From a virus, in IMG/VR virus record IMGVR_UViG_3300021171_000006, positions 27,354-91,353 of that record: a stretch of 64,000 bases of DNA. One strand, given 5' to 3'. This document shows positions 31,641 through 40,445 of this stretch, one piece after another; within the stretch, counting starts at the first letter, position 1; each line of letters begins with the position of its first letter. Made by a program: the position numbers and the translations under genes. The notes beneath the pieces were generated by a model. That model had not been told where the DNA came from. It searched no databases and saw only the letters and a program-made list of their open reading frames with translations.

Positions 31641-32099
31641 GCGACCTTTTCGGCAACCCCGTCATCCCTGACGGCCCCGCGATGACGCCCGCCGAGCGAC
31701 GACAGGCGCTCCGTAAGGAGCCGAAGCCGAACGGGTACGCCGCACCTCCGGGGAGCGGACCCGCTGGAGAGACCTGCGGATCGTGCCGCAACCATACCGT
31801 CGTCAGGTACGCCAAGACCTACCACAAGTGCGAACTGACCCGGCAGGGGTGGACAGGCGGTCGGGCGACGGACATCCTCGTGCGGTCGCCGGCGTGTAGC
31901 CAGTGGGAGGCGAAATGATCGAGGTTCGCCGCTGCCGGGTATCAGCCGATTGGACGATGCGCAAAGACGGCACGCCCGGAAGCTCCAAGACCACGCTGAC
32001 CTACTGGCGCGTCCTTGTGGACGGGAGGATCGTGGACAGCTTCCTCGACCAGAAGCGGGCAGAGGCGAGGGCGGCTGAGTTGCGCGGGGAGGATGCGGC

Positions 32100-32852
32100 A
32101 TGAGCGTTCGCGTCGAGCATATCGGCGATGCGACTCTCTATCTCGGGGATTGCCAAGAATTGCTGCCTCGGTTCGATGGGGACGTAGCGGTCGTCGCAGA
32201 TCCGCCCTATGGGATTTGGTTTCGGCATTCTGGCTGCGGCAACCAGTTCCCGGTCGATCGCGGGGGACGCAAATCGCGCGTGCCACGCTTCGCAAAAATA
32301 TCAATAGTCGGTGACAAGGAGGGTTGCGATCCGGGACCGATGCTACGCTTCGAAGAGGTAATCATCTGGGGAGCCAATCACTTCGCCGACCAGCTTCCGG
32401 CATCCTCGCGCTGGCTCGTCTGGGACAAACGTGACGGAATGGCCTCAAATACCTTCTCCGACTGCGAGTTGGCGTGGTGCAAAAAGCCTGGCGCAGCGCG
32501 ACTCATCCACTACCTGTGGAACGGCATTTGCCGTGCCGGCGAGAAAGAATCTCGCGTCCATCCGATGCAGAAACCGATAGAGGTCATGGCGTGGTCGATC
32601 GGATTCACCGCCGGCGACACCATTTGTGACCCCTTCATGGGCTCCGGCACAACCGGCGTCGCCGCACTGCGTCTTGGCCGCAAATTCATCGGCATCGAGA
32701 TCGATGAGCGCTGGTTCGATATCGCCTGTCGCCGCATCGAGGCCGAAGCGCGACAAGGGCGGCTGGACATTCCCGAGATTGCGCAGCGCCCTCCCCCGAG
32801 GGAAGATCCGGTGCCGCCGCTCTTGGCCGCGATGGAGGGGGATGGGGAATGA
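32100..32852 (+). CDS. DNA N6A/N4C methyltransferase (beta class)
   Basis: DPPY motif precedes HPMQKP and DPFMGSGTTG. Confidence 0.9.
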   Translation: MSVRVEHIGDATLYLGDCQELLPRFDGDVAVVADPPYGIWFRHSGCGNQFPVDRGGRKSRVPRFAKISIVGDKEGCDPGPMLRFEEVIIWGANHFADQLPASSRWLVWDKRDGMASNTFSDCELAWCKKPGAARLIHYLWNGICRAGEKESRVHPMQKPIEVMAWSIGFTAGDTICDPFMGSGTTGVAALRLGRKFIGIEIDERWFDIACRRIEAEARQGRLDIPEIAQRPPPREDPVPPLLAAMEGDGE

Positions 32853-32912
32853 GCAAGGGCAGCGAGGCCGTCAATGCCCTCTTGAGGGACGCCAAGGCGA
32901 CACAGGCCGCAA

Positions 32913-32940
32913 TCCCCTCATATTGTGTCTTAATGGAGAA
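32913..32940 (+). other. dif-like site S3
   Basis: tcccctcatat tgtgtc ttaatggagaa. Confidence 0.6.
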
Positions 32941-32968
32941 GCGCTGATGCGCGGTCGCGGGTGCGCGA

Positions 32969-33220
32969 ATGAAATCTCTCAATGATCTTACGCCCGCCGC
33001 CCTACGAGCGGCCCTGACTGGCGGGACGGAGTCATGGGGCCAATGGGGTTCAGCCGATCAGCACGTTCGCTATGTTCAGCCCGCGCCCGCTACCGTCAGG
33101 CGTCGCTGTCATTGCGGATGCAAGCGGCGAGCGTCCCATAGCGGCATGGCGAATGGTGTCTGCCTCACAATGGGATGCGAATTATCCATGAGGCGATGGG
33201 TCGCCGATCCTCACCGTTAA
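32969..33220 (+). CDS. cassette-like hypothetical protein
   Basis: lies between S3 and S4; stop codon inside S4. Confidence 0.6.
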   Translation: MKSLNDLTPAALRAALTGGTESWGQWGSADQHVRYVQPAPATVRRRCHCGCKRRASHSGMANGVCLTMGCELSMRRWVADPHR

Positions 33221-33237
33221 CAAGTAATTGTAAGGGG
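33210..33237 (-). other. dif-like site S4 (inverted)
   Basis: reverse complement ccccttacaat tacttg ttaacggtgag. Confidence 0.55.
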
Positions 33238-33305
33238 AATCCATGCGCGGCTTGCCGGAGTGAGCCGGTGCCCGAGTTCTTCCTACCCATTGATGGGAAT
33301 AAGCG

Positions 33306-34085
33306 ATGAGCGACACGGTTCTGAGGCTAGCCGATCACCGACCGAAGCCCGAAAACGAGCCGCCAGCATGGGAATACCTGCCGTGCGCGCTGATCGTCGT
33401 TCATGGCATCGCGTGGGAGGAGTGGGTCTCGCTTTGGAACACGGTCGAGCAGCTGGACAAAAGCTCGAAATGGTACGTCGGCGACGCTCTCCTTGCGGGC
33501 CAGCGGGAGTTCAACGAGCGATTCTCCCAGGTGGTTGATGCGCAATATATCCACCAGCAACGCGGGGCGCTGTGGGTATCGAGCCGCATTCCGCCGGCCG
33601 AACGTCGCGAAGGGTTGAGTTGGTCCGTCCACCGAGAGGCTGCAAGTCTCTCCCCGGCCCGGCGGAAGAAGATGCTCGACCTGGCCGAAGCAAACGGCTG
33701 GGGCTCGAAGGAGGTCATCGAGGAGATCAACCGGCGCTACCCCGATGCCCGGCAGAAGCACGCCCCACGGAAGCAGAGTGAAATGTTCCAGGTGGAACAA
33801 TCCGAGTTAGATGCGGGATCAACCGATAAGCCGCGCCATGTTCATGTGCTGGATGAAGTGAGCGATCGCGACCCGATGACCCTGGACGAGGCGGTGGACC
33901 TTCTCACCAATTTGCCCGTGGGGGCCTTGCCGGACAACATCACGGAAGCGATTGCGCTGGTGCTGGACGAGCGGGCGAAGCTGCTCCGGGTGCTCGCGGT
34001 GGCGCGGGAGACCGTGTTGCAATACCACCTGCCCGACTTGGCTGCGGCGGTCGAGGCGCTGGAAACCCCTCATATCGTAACTTAA
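33306..34085 (+). CDS. LmbU-like regulator
   Basis: WEEW........SSKWYVGD; VSSRIPPAERREGLSWSVHREAA. Confidence 0.7.
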   Translation: MSDTVLRLADHRPKPENEPPAWEYLPCALIVVHGIAWEEWVSLWNTVEQLDKSSKWYVGDALLAGQREFNERFSQVVDAQYIHQQRGALWVSSRIPPAERREGLSWSVHREAASLSPARRKKMLDLAEANGWGSKEVIEEINRRYPDARQKHAPRKQSEMFQVEQSELDAGSTDKPRHVHVLDEVSDRDPMTLDEAVDLLTNLPVGALPDNITEAIALVLDERAKLLRVLAVARETVLQYHLPDLAAAVEALETPHIVT

Positions 34086-34092
34086 ACGGAAC
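34065..34092 (+). other. dif-like site S5
   Basis: acccctcatat cgtaac ttaaacggaac. Confidence 0.6.
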
Positions 34093-34100
34093 CCATCCTC

Positions 34101-34511
34101 ATGCTGTGTCCAAAATGCGGCGCGCCAGTTTATCCCTCAGCACCCGATGGTGATTTCCGTTATCGGCCGCCTCCGGCACGCAAGATTACAGGAAAGACAA
34201 GCGATGGCTACCATACGTTCGATGAACTGTACGAGCATCGGCACGCCCTGTTCATAACCCTTTGCCGCACCGTCGCGCGCGAACTATCAGATGAGCGTGT
34301 TGTCCGATCCCAACATCACTACGATGGAACCATGATCAACGGGTGGTTCATTCTTATGATCGATGGTGATCGAAGAGGCGAGCAGATTTCCTATCATCTG
34401 CCTCTGCGTCTTTGGGACCAAACGAATTTCGCAAATACGCTTGATCGAGCACCTGATTGGGATGGGCATTTGTCACAAGATGTGCTCGCGCGTCTTGCGG
34501 TTCTCCGTTAA
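34101..34511 (+). CDS. WDGH-motif phage protein (cassette-like)
   Basis: SDGYHTFDELYEHR...QISYHLP...W...WDGH. Confidence 0.75.
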   Translation: MLCPKCGAPVYPSAPDGDFRYRPPPARKITGKTSDGYHTFDELYEHRHALFITLCRTVARELSDERVVRSQHHYDGTMINGWFILMIDGDRRGEQISYHLPLRLWDQTNFANTLDRAPDWDGHLSQDVLARLAVLR

Positions 34512-34528
34512 GCAAGGCAGGACGGCTT
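34501..34528 (-). other. dif-like site S6 (inverted, outer arm degenerate)
   Basis: inner arm reverse complement ttaacggagaa, 10/11 identical to the S3 inner arm. Confidence 0.5.
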
Positions 34529-34809
34529 GTGGCGCAGGGGAAGAAGCACGGCATTATCCACCCGGCGAGCGAATGATGAAACCTCATCCAGATTGGCAAC
34601 TTGACCCACTTAAGGGCATGTGGTGGGCCACGCTTTTCTTCCGCGTATGGTTTTGGGTCGACCGGAGATGATGGACGATCACTTCATTCTCAGTGCGGCG
34701 CGCAATCACCTTGCCGATGCGCTCAAAGCGTTGTTGGTTGCGGACACCATGACAGAGAGAGACTTCCGTGCCGCTCGGTGGTCTGCGCGAGAAGCAATCG
34801 AGAAACTTG

Positions 34810-35493
34810 ATGTTCTGCTACGCGAGTCGGACGGGCACCGGACGTAACTTGGCCGCGCTTCGGGCGCACGGCTGGGGTCTTCTGGTCTCTCGGGCCGGTG
34901 TCTGGCGCACTGAGGGCTTTGAGCGGTGGGGTTCCGACAATGGCGCGTGGGCAGATTTCCAGGCTGGACGCAGTTTTGATGAGGATGCTTACGAGCACTT
35001 TCTCGATTGGGTTGGCGCTCAACCGGTTCATCCTGATTGGATCGTGCTCCCTGATATTGTGGCAGGCGGTCTTCCGTCGCTGAGGCTGTCGATGCGCTAC
35101 CTCAACCGGTGTTTGTCGCTGGCGCCGCTTGTGCTGATCGCTGTCCAGGACGGCATGGAGACGACCGATCTCGCGGCCTTAGTTGGGACCGCCGTCGGGG
35201 TCTTCCTCGGCGGCTCGACGGAATGGAAGTTGGCGACGATGCGCGCCTGGGGCGAGTTCTGCGCCGAGCGCGGCATCCACTACCACGTCGCTCGCGTCAA
35301 CAGCACCAAACGGATGAACCTCGCGGCTAGCTGTGGGACTCAATCGGTCGATGGCTCCTCGGTCAGCCGCTACGCCGTGACCTGCCCGAAACTGACTTCG
35401 GCATCGCGACAAGCCGATCTTTGGTCGCCGCGCCGCGTCGTCGACAACGGCATTGTCCACCCGCCGCTACAAAGCGATGGAGCCGAAACTTAA
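34810..35493 (+). CDS. TGT/DpdA-like TIM-barrel protein
   Basis: DNGAW, LPD, AVQDG, FLGG, HVAR, SVDGS in TGT-like order. Confidence 0.55.
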   Translation: MFCYASRTGTGRNLAALRAHGWGLLVSRAGVWRTEGFERWGSDNGAWADFQAGRSFDEDAYEHFLDWVGAQPVHPDWIVLPDIVAGGLPSLRLSMRYLNRCLSLAPLVLIAVQDGMETTDLAALVGTAVGVFLGGSTEWKLATMRAWGEFCAERGIHYHVARVNSTKRMNLAASCGTQSVDGSSVSRYAVTCPKLTSASRQADLWSPRRVVDNGIVHPPLQSDGAET

Positions 35494-35510
35494 TCTTTTA
35501 CGTGAAGGGG
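35483..35510 (-). other. dif-like site S7 (inverted)
   Basis: reverse complement ccccttcacgt aaaaga ttaagtttcgg. Confidence 0.4.
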
Positions 35511-35695
35511 AAAGCCGCTGGCCCGTCATGCCTCTGCAGCAAGGGGTCTTGACGATGCGGCGGCGGCGGGAGCACGATGCGTCTCCCGAACGAAGTCACC
35601 CGGCCGCGAGGGCCAGGTGCTGCTTCTAGGGGATCGAGGGGCCAAAGCCGCGTGGGGTCGGCAGAGGCCGGGACACAACGAAGGACGAGTTCGTT

Positions 35696-36055
35696 ATGCC
35701 AGACACCGAAGTAACCTTTCCCGATCAAAAAATCAAGTCGCATCATCATCTGCGCCACGACTTCGATTGGGCGTCTCGCCCCGAGCCGTGGAATTGGATC
35801 GGGCCGCAGTTCCGCGCCGAGTGCGAGAGGATCGGGCCGCGCGTCGAGATCAAGGCTCCGCCCCGGTGGAAGGAGATCAAGCGGCGGCGCGAGGCCTTGG
35901 GCATGTCGCAACTCGATTTGGCTCGGGAAGCGAAGTGTCGCCAGCCCGTATTGTCCAATATCGAATTGAACAGAGGCGGCAATCCCTCTGCAGCGGCGGC
36001 TACGGTTCGCGTCCTCTCGGCTCTCGACCGGATCGAGAAGGAGCCAACACCGTGA
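35696..36055 (+). CDS. XRE HTH protein
   Basis: IKRRREALGMSQLDLAREAKCRQPVLSNIE. Confidence 0.75.
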   Translation: MPDTEVTFPDQKIKSHHHLRHDFDWASRPEPWNWIGPQFRAECERIGPRVEIKAPPRWKEIKRRREALGMSQLDLAREAKCRQPVLSNIELNRGGNPSAAAATVRVLSALDRIEKEPTP

Positions 36056-36284
36056 GCGCCTGGGTCTCTGCCGCCGATGAGGCAAAGCGTAGGCTGACCC
36101 CCCGGCCAGGAGCCTCGCCTTTGGTCGAGCCGGAAAGCACCGTCGATGAGGTATTCGCTGTGCTCGCCGAACCCGATGGCGACATGATCCGCGCAGGCAT
36201 GCGGGCTCTCGCAGACGAAGGGCGCCAGGCTACGGCCCGACAAATTGTCCTTGCCGTTTGGGAAGCAATGCTGAGGGCCGCGTC

Positions 36285-36671
36285 GTGATCGAGGGCCAGC
36301 ACATCACCCTCCGCGAACTCAAGGAGTTGGTGAGAACGGCGCGCATTGCCATTGATGCGGCCGCCCCCAAGATCATCGACATTCAGCAAGCCGTTGCCGA
36401 GGCGTTTGGTATCCGGCTCATCGACATGACGTCTGCACGCCGCGCCCGGTCGGTAGCTCGCCCCCGCCAGGTCGCGATGTACCTCGCCCGGCAGCTGACG
36501 CTTAAATCCCTCCCGCAGATCGGTCGAGCCTTCGGCGACCGTGACCACACGACAGTGATGCACGCGATCAAACAGGTGGAGATCCTGGCCTCTCTCGACC
36601 CGGACTTCGGCGAGCGCATCGTCATCCTGCGCGAGCGTCTCGGGGTAGCGCGGGATATCGTGATCGGCTAG
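36285..36671 (+). CDS. stand-alone DnaA C-terminal (domain IV) DNA-binding protein
   Basis: RRARSVARPRQVAMYLARQLTLKSLPQIGRAFGDRDHTTVMHA. Confidence 0.9.
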   Translation: MIEGQHITLRELKELVRTARIAIDAAAPKIIDIQQAVAEAFGIRLIDMTSARRARSVARPRQVAMYLARQLTLKSLPQIGRAFGDRDHTTVMHAIKQVEILASLDPDFGERIVILRERLGVARDIVIG

Positions 36672-36686
36672 CTGCCGGTGGCAGGG

Positions 36687-36716
36687 TTGATTGTCGAACC
36701 TGACCCCTGATATAAT
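36687..36716 (+). promoter_or_regulatory. sigma70-type promoter
   Basis: TTGATT-N18-TATAAT with extended -10 (TGn). Confidence 0.6.
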
Positions 36717-36721
36717 CTGCA

Positions 36722-36811
36722 TCGAGCGCGGGCCAGCTTGGGGTAGCTCCCCAGGTTTGACCCGGTTGCGCCTGACCCCGGCCTCTATGTTTGGTCGCGG
36801 CCCGCGCTCGA
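36722..36811 (+). ncRNA. cloverleaf leader / C4-like antisense RNA candidate
   Basis: 13-bp closing stem tcgagcgcgggcc/ggcccgcgctcga; tgggg-tagct-cccca hairpin; loop cctgaccc. Confidence 0.55.
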
Positions 36812-36847
36812 CACTCTCCGAGGGGTCGTAGGGTCAGGGATCTCGGT

Positions 36848-37663
36848 GTGACCATCGAAGCAATGGTTTGGGCCTTTGAGCAAAAGTGCCCCTCTCCCGC
36901 CGCTAAGCTGGTCTTGCTCAGGATCGCCAATCACGCAAACGAAGACGGTGAATGCTGGCCCTCGCAGAGCCGTCTCGCTGAGGTTTGCGGCATCAGTCGG
37001 CAACACGCCAATGAGCAGATTCAGCGGCTGGTCGCGGCGGGTCTTCTGCGCGTCGAGCATCGTTACAACGGCACCGGACAGGTCGCAAATCGTTATTTTA
37101 TACCGTGTCAACTATCCCGTCACCCCCCTGCAACTATGGTTGACACCCCCCAGACGGCCGAGTTGACACCCCCTGTCGGCGGGGTTGACACGGAACCTTC
37201 AATAGAACCTTCAAAGGTAGAAAGAGAGGCTATCGCCTCTCCAAAGAAATCGGCCGCTAGATGGAGCGGCCAGGTCTGCGATCAGTGGATAGAGGAAGCG
37301 GACGAGATTCGCCTTGTGGCCAAACTTCAGCCGATCGACGCCAAACTTGAGGCGCAGAAATTCGCCGATTATTGGATGGCGCGAGCGGCTGGCGGAGCGA
37401 AGATGGATTGGCACGCAACTTGGCGAAATTGGGTGCGTAATGCGAGGTCGCCAGCAACAAACGGGAACGGCGGTCATCCGGGCACTTACCGGCCGAGCCC
37501 GGCGGCGGCACTTTTTGAGGGAGCGATGCGTGCAGCAGACAAACTCGACCAACAGGAGAGAGATCGCCGCGATCGTGTCGCGGCTGCTCAACCATTATTG
37601 GACGGCGGCCGATCCGGTGGAGATGCGCCAAGCGCAGATCGAGGATTGGATCGTCGACCTTGA
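36848..37663 (+). CDS. replication initiator (HTH_36 N-terminus)
   Basis: KLVLLRIANHANEDGECWPSQSRLAEVCG; KFADYW...K.DWHATWRNW. Confidence 0.85.
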   Translation: MTIEAMVWAFEQKCPSPAAKLVLLRIANHANEDGECWPSQSRLAEVCGISRQHANEQIQRLVAAGLLRVEHRYNGTGQVANRYFIPCQLSRHPPATMVDTPQTAELTPPVGGVDTEPSIEPSKVEREAIASPKKSAARWSGQVCDQWIEEADEIRLVAKLQPIDAKLEAQKFADYWMARAAGGAKMDWHATWRNWVRNARSPATNGNGGHPGTYRPSPAAALFEGAMRAADKLDQQERDRRDRVAAAQPLLDGGRSGGDAPSADRGLDRRP

Positions 37664-38054
37664 GGAGTTTCCGCCGGCAATCGTCGAGGACGCCTGCGCG
37701 GAATGGCGCCGGATGCCGAGCGCGCATAGGCCGACACCGGGCGATATTCGTACACGTTGTGCCAGGATGAAGGCCGAACGCGCCGGGTCGGAATCGAAGC
37801 CGATCGACATGGAGGCTTACGCGCGATCTGTGGGGTTTTCTTCGCACCTTGAGCGCATGGACGCCATCGCCGCTGCGGAGCGGAAGAAGCTGAATGGCGA
37901 CTGGAACCATCCCGAGCGCTGGCACCCGGACGAGCGACCGACGGCGGTGCGGGGCTTCAAATCGCTGGCGGCGTCGATGGGCGTCAGGGCCAAGGAATTC
38001 ACGCCGGAGCAGCTGGCGGCCGGTCGGCGCGAACTCGGTCTGGAGGAACCCTGA
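37530..38054 (+). CDS. helicase loader-like protein (start uncertain)
   Basis: follows the initiator; DWIVDLEEFP..IVEDAC.EWRR...RPTPGDI. Confidence 0.55.
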   Translation: MQQTNSTNRREIAAIVSRLLNHYWTAADPVEMRQAQIEDWIVDLEEFPPAIVEDACAEWRRMPSAHRPTPGDIRTRCARMKAERAGSESKPIDMEAYARSVGFSSHLERMDAIAAAERKKLNGDWNHPERWHPDERPTAVRGFKSLAASMGVRAKEFTPEQLAAGRRELGLEEP

Positions 38055-38428
38055 TGCGCGTGTCCGGTGTTGGAGGATAAATCTGATGCCTACTGAGGCA
38101 AATTGGTATTTGGCGGCGGTTACGCTGCGTGGCGGTAAAATGGAAATCCTTGATGTGAGGCCGTGCGGGGCCGCCGGGTACGTCGAGGCTTGGCGGGAAG
38201 CTGGTCGCGTGCGTCGTGACACTGATGCGCCTTGCGTCGTGGTAATTGACGCAGCGAGCGCCCGATTGTGGCGTGGGGCCTGATGCCCTGGCCGCTTTTC
38301 CTAGCGTTGCTATGGTCGGCGCTCGCGGCGGCTCTGCTCGGGCTTGCCGTGGGGTTCTGGACGCGTCGGGAGCCTCCCCGCTACCGTCCCCGGCGGTGTC
38401 AGGGACCGAAGATGCCACGGAGGGCGTT

Positions 38429-39037
38429 TTGACTCTCGATTTCTGGCCTCACCCAGCACTGGCGAAGAAGCCCAATCCGCCACAGATCCAAGGCAGCGCC
38501 AAATTTGCGCGGGATCACACGATCCGCTATGAGATTCGCCGGTGGTGGGTCGCCCGCCCCATGCGATGGGCGGCGTGGTTGATGTTGAACCCGAGTTTGG
38601 CGAGTGCGGAGCGAGGCGACCCGACAGCGGCTCGGGTAACACACTTCACGCGGTCCTGGGGATTTGATGGCTGGATCGGGGTCAACCTCTATCCCTTCGT
38701 GTCGAGCACGCCCGCTGAGATGTGGCGCTGGGCCGATTGGGAGAGGAACGGGCCGGACTGGTACGCCCGCGACGATCTCGGCCACAATCTCAGCGTACTC
38801 GACGATGTAGGGCGCGAGGCGTCAATTCGGATCGCCGCTTTCGGTGCCGCACCGATCGAGCGTGATCAGGTCTGGCTTGAAGAGTGTCTTGAGCAGTTTC
38901 AGCAACCCTCGCTCTGCGGTGCCGGAGAGGCGCTTCATTGCCTCGGGACAACGAAGTTCGGTCAGCCGCTCCACCCTTTAGCGCGAGGGAAATGGCGCGT
39001 GTCTGACGATCAGAGACCCATCCTCTGGCGCGACTAG
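38429..39037 (+). CDS. DUF1643 family protein
   Basis: RYEIRRWW; MLNPS.A....DPT; VNLYP..STP; GQPLHPL. Confidence 0.85.
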   Translation: MTLDFWPHPALAKKPNPPQIQGSAKFARDHTIRYEIRRWWVARPMRWAAWLMLNPSLASAERGDPTAARVTHFTRSWGFDGWIGVNLYPFVSSTPAEMWRWADWERNGPDWYARDDLGHNLSVLDDVGREASIRIAAFGAAPIERDQVWLEECLEQFQQPSLCGAGEALHCLGTTKFGQPLHPLARGKWRVSDDQRPILWRD

Positions 39038-39406
39038 AGCCTACTCTGATGCCCGACACTAGCGCAGACCGATCGCCAGTAGGCGAGCCAGGCGGCATTT
39101 ACCTCGGCGGGCGTCGGTGGCAAAACCGGAGCTGACGCGGCGATCTTGGCCGCAGGCTTCCGCACCCTGACGCGTCGAGGCTTCGGCGCCGGGGGCTCGG
39201 GCCCGCGGAGCGGCATTGTCCTGCTTTCCGCCTCGGCGTCGGCGAAGCGCTCGTGGAGCGTCTTGGCGACGCGGCTCGTCAGGCCGCAAGGACACCTGAT
39301 TTGAGCCCGGTATCCTGCCGTAGCCTTGTCGTAGATGACGTGGGCGCTCAGCTTGTGGCTGCAGTTGACGTGCGGCTGCTGGCTCATTGTGGTAACCTCC
39401 GAAGCT

Positions 39407-39847
39407 ATGGTTGATCGCCGTTCCACCGCTGATGAGCAGCTCGCCCGCCATCTCGCGACAGCGAAGCGGCAGATGCAGGCGCGCGGGCAAACGCGCGACG
39501 ACATGGGGCGGATCACCGCGCCGCAGGAATCACCCCTCGCTGAATGGGCAGAGCCGAAACGGCAATACGGCGAAGTCGCCCGCTACAGCGGCGGGGGTCG
39601 GATGCGGATGCGAAGTTTTGCCCTCCCGGTGCGCGCCGACGCTGCCCTACGAAACATTGCTGATCAGCGCGGCGTGAGTGTCAGTTTTATTCTCTGCGAA
39701 AAAGTCGCGGAACTCCTAGCGCCGTTGATAGAGGCTCCGATTCGCGGTCTCACGGACGCGCAGATTCCGTTCCGCCAACCGGACAAGGTTCATTCGCCGG
39801 AACCGCCCCAACTCAAGCGCCGCGGCTACCTCACCGATCGACGGTGA
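39407..39847 (+). CDS. ribbon-helix-helix protein
   Basis: RSFALPVRADAALRNIADQRGVSVSFIL. Confidence 0.55.
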   Translation: MVDRRSTADEQLARHLATAKRQMQARGQTRDDMGRITAPQESPLAEWAEPKRQYGEVARYSGGGRMRMRSFALPVRADAALRNIADQRGVSVSFILCEKVAELLAPLIEAPIRGLTDAQIPFRQPDKVHSPEPPQLKRRGYLTDRR

Positions 39848-40445
39848 TTTGGCCCCGGAGATCCCCGTCGCGGGCCCGGTGGTCGGCGAGAATGCGGGCG
39901 ATTGATCTGGGGCTGATCTTGAGAGCGGCGGCGATCTCGCGCGTCTTCTTGCCCTCCTTGCGCATCTCCAGCACTTGGGGTGCCTTGCGCTTGGCGTGGG
40001 GAGGTTGTCCGGGGTATTTGCCCTCACCCTTGGCCCGGGCGATCCCCTCTCGCTGCCGCTCCAGCATGAGGTCGCGCTCGAACTGCGCGATTGCCGCGAG
40101 GACGGAGAAGATCAGCTGCCCGGTCGGCGTCGTCATGTCGAGCGGGGAGTCGAGCACCTTCAGCGCCGCTCCCTTTTCCCGCAGCCGCTCGACAATCTCC
40201 AAGGCGTCGTGCACCGACCGGGCGAGGCGATCGAGTTTGCATACCACAAGGGTATCCCCGTCGCCGTCGCGGATGTAGTCGAGGGCGCGCTCCAACTCGG
40301 GCCGCTCGGTCGACCGGCTGGACATCTGTTCGGAGAAGATGCGCCCGCACTTCTCGTTGCGCAGGCGGCCGATCTGCGCCTCGAAGCCGGCGGCCTGGTC
40401 CTGAGTGCTCACCCGGGCGTAGCCTATCTGGATACCCACGATCAT
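39831..40445 (-). CDS. small serine recombinase (resolvase/invertase)
   Basis: IGYARVSTQDQ; DTLVVCKLDRLARS; AQFERDLMLERQREG; C-terminal HTH. Confidence 0.95.
   Translation of the reverse strand: MIVGIQIGYARVSTQDQAAGFEAQIGRLRNEKCGRIFSEQMSSRSTERPELERALDYIRDGDGDTLVVCKLDRLARSVHDALEIVERLREKGAALKVLDSPLDMTTPTGQLIFSVLAAIAQFERDLMLERQREGIARAKGEGKYPGQPPHAKRKAPQVLEMRKEGKKTREIAAALKISPRSIARILADHRARDGDLRGQITVDR

Noticed and set aside
34505-34513. Integron attC core (GTTAAGC)
   Set aside because: No inverse core or attC hairpin, and the other sites do not fit GTTRRRY.
39831-40445. Phage integrase
   Set aside because: At about 204 aa it is a small resolvase-type enzyme lacking the large-serine recombinase and zinc-ribbon domains; it is also not the tyrosine type expected for 6-bp-spacer sites.
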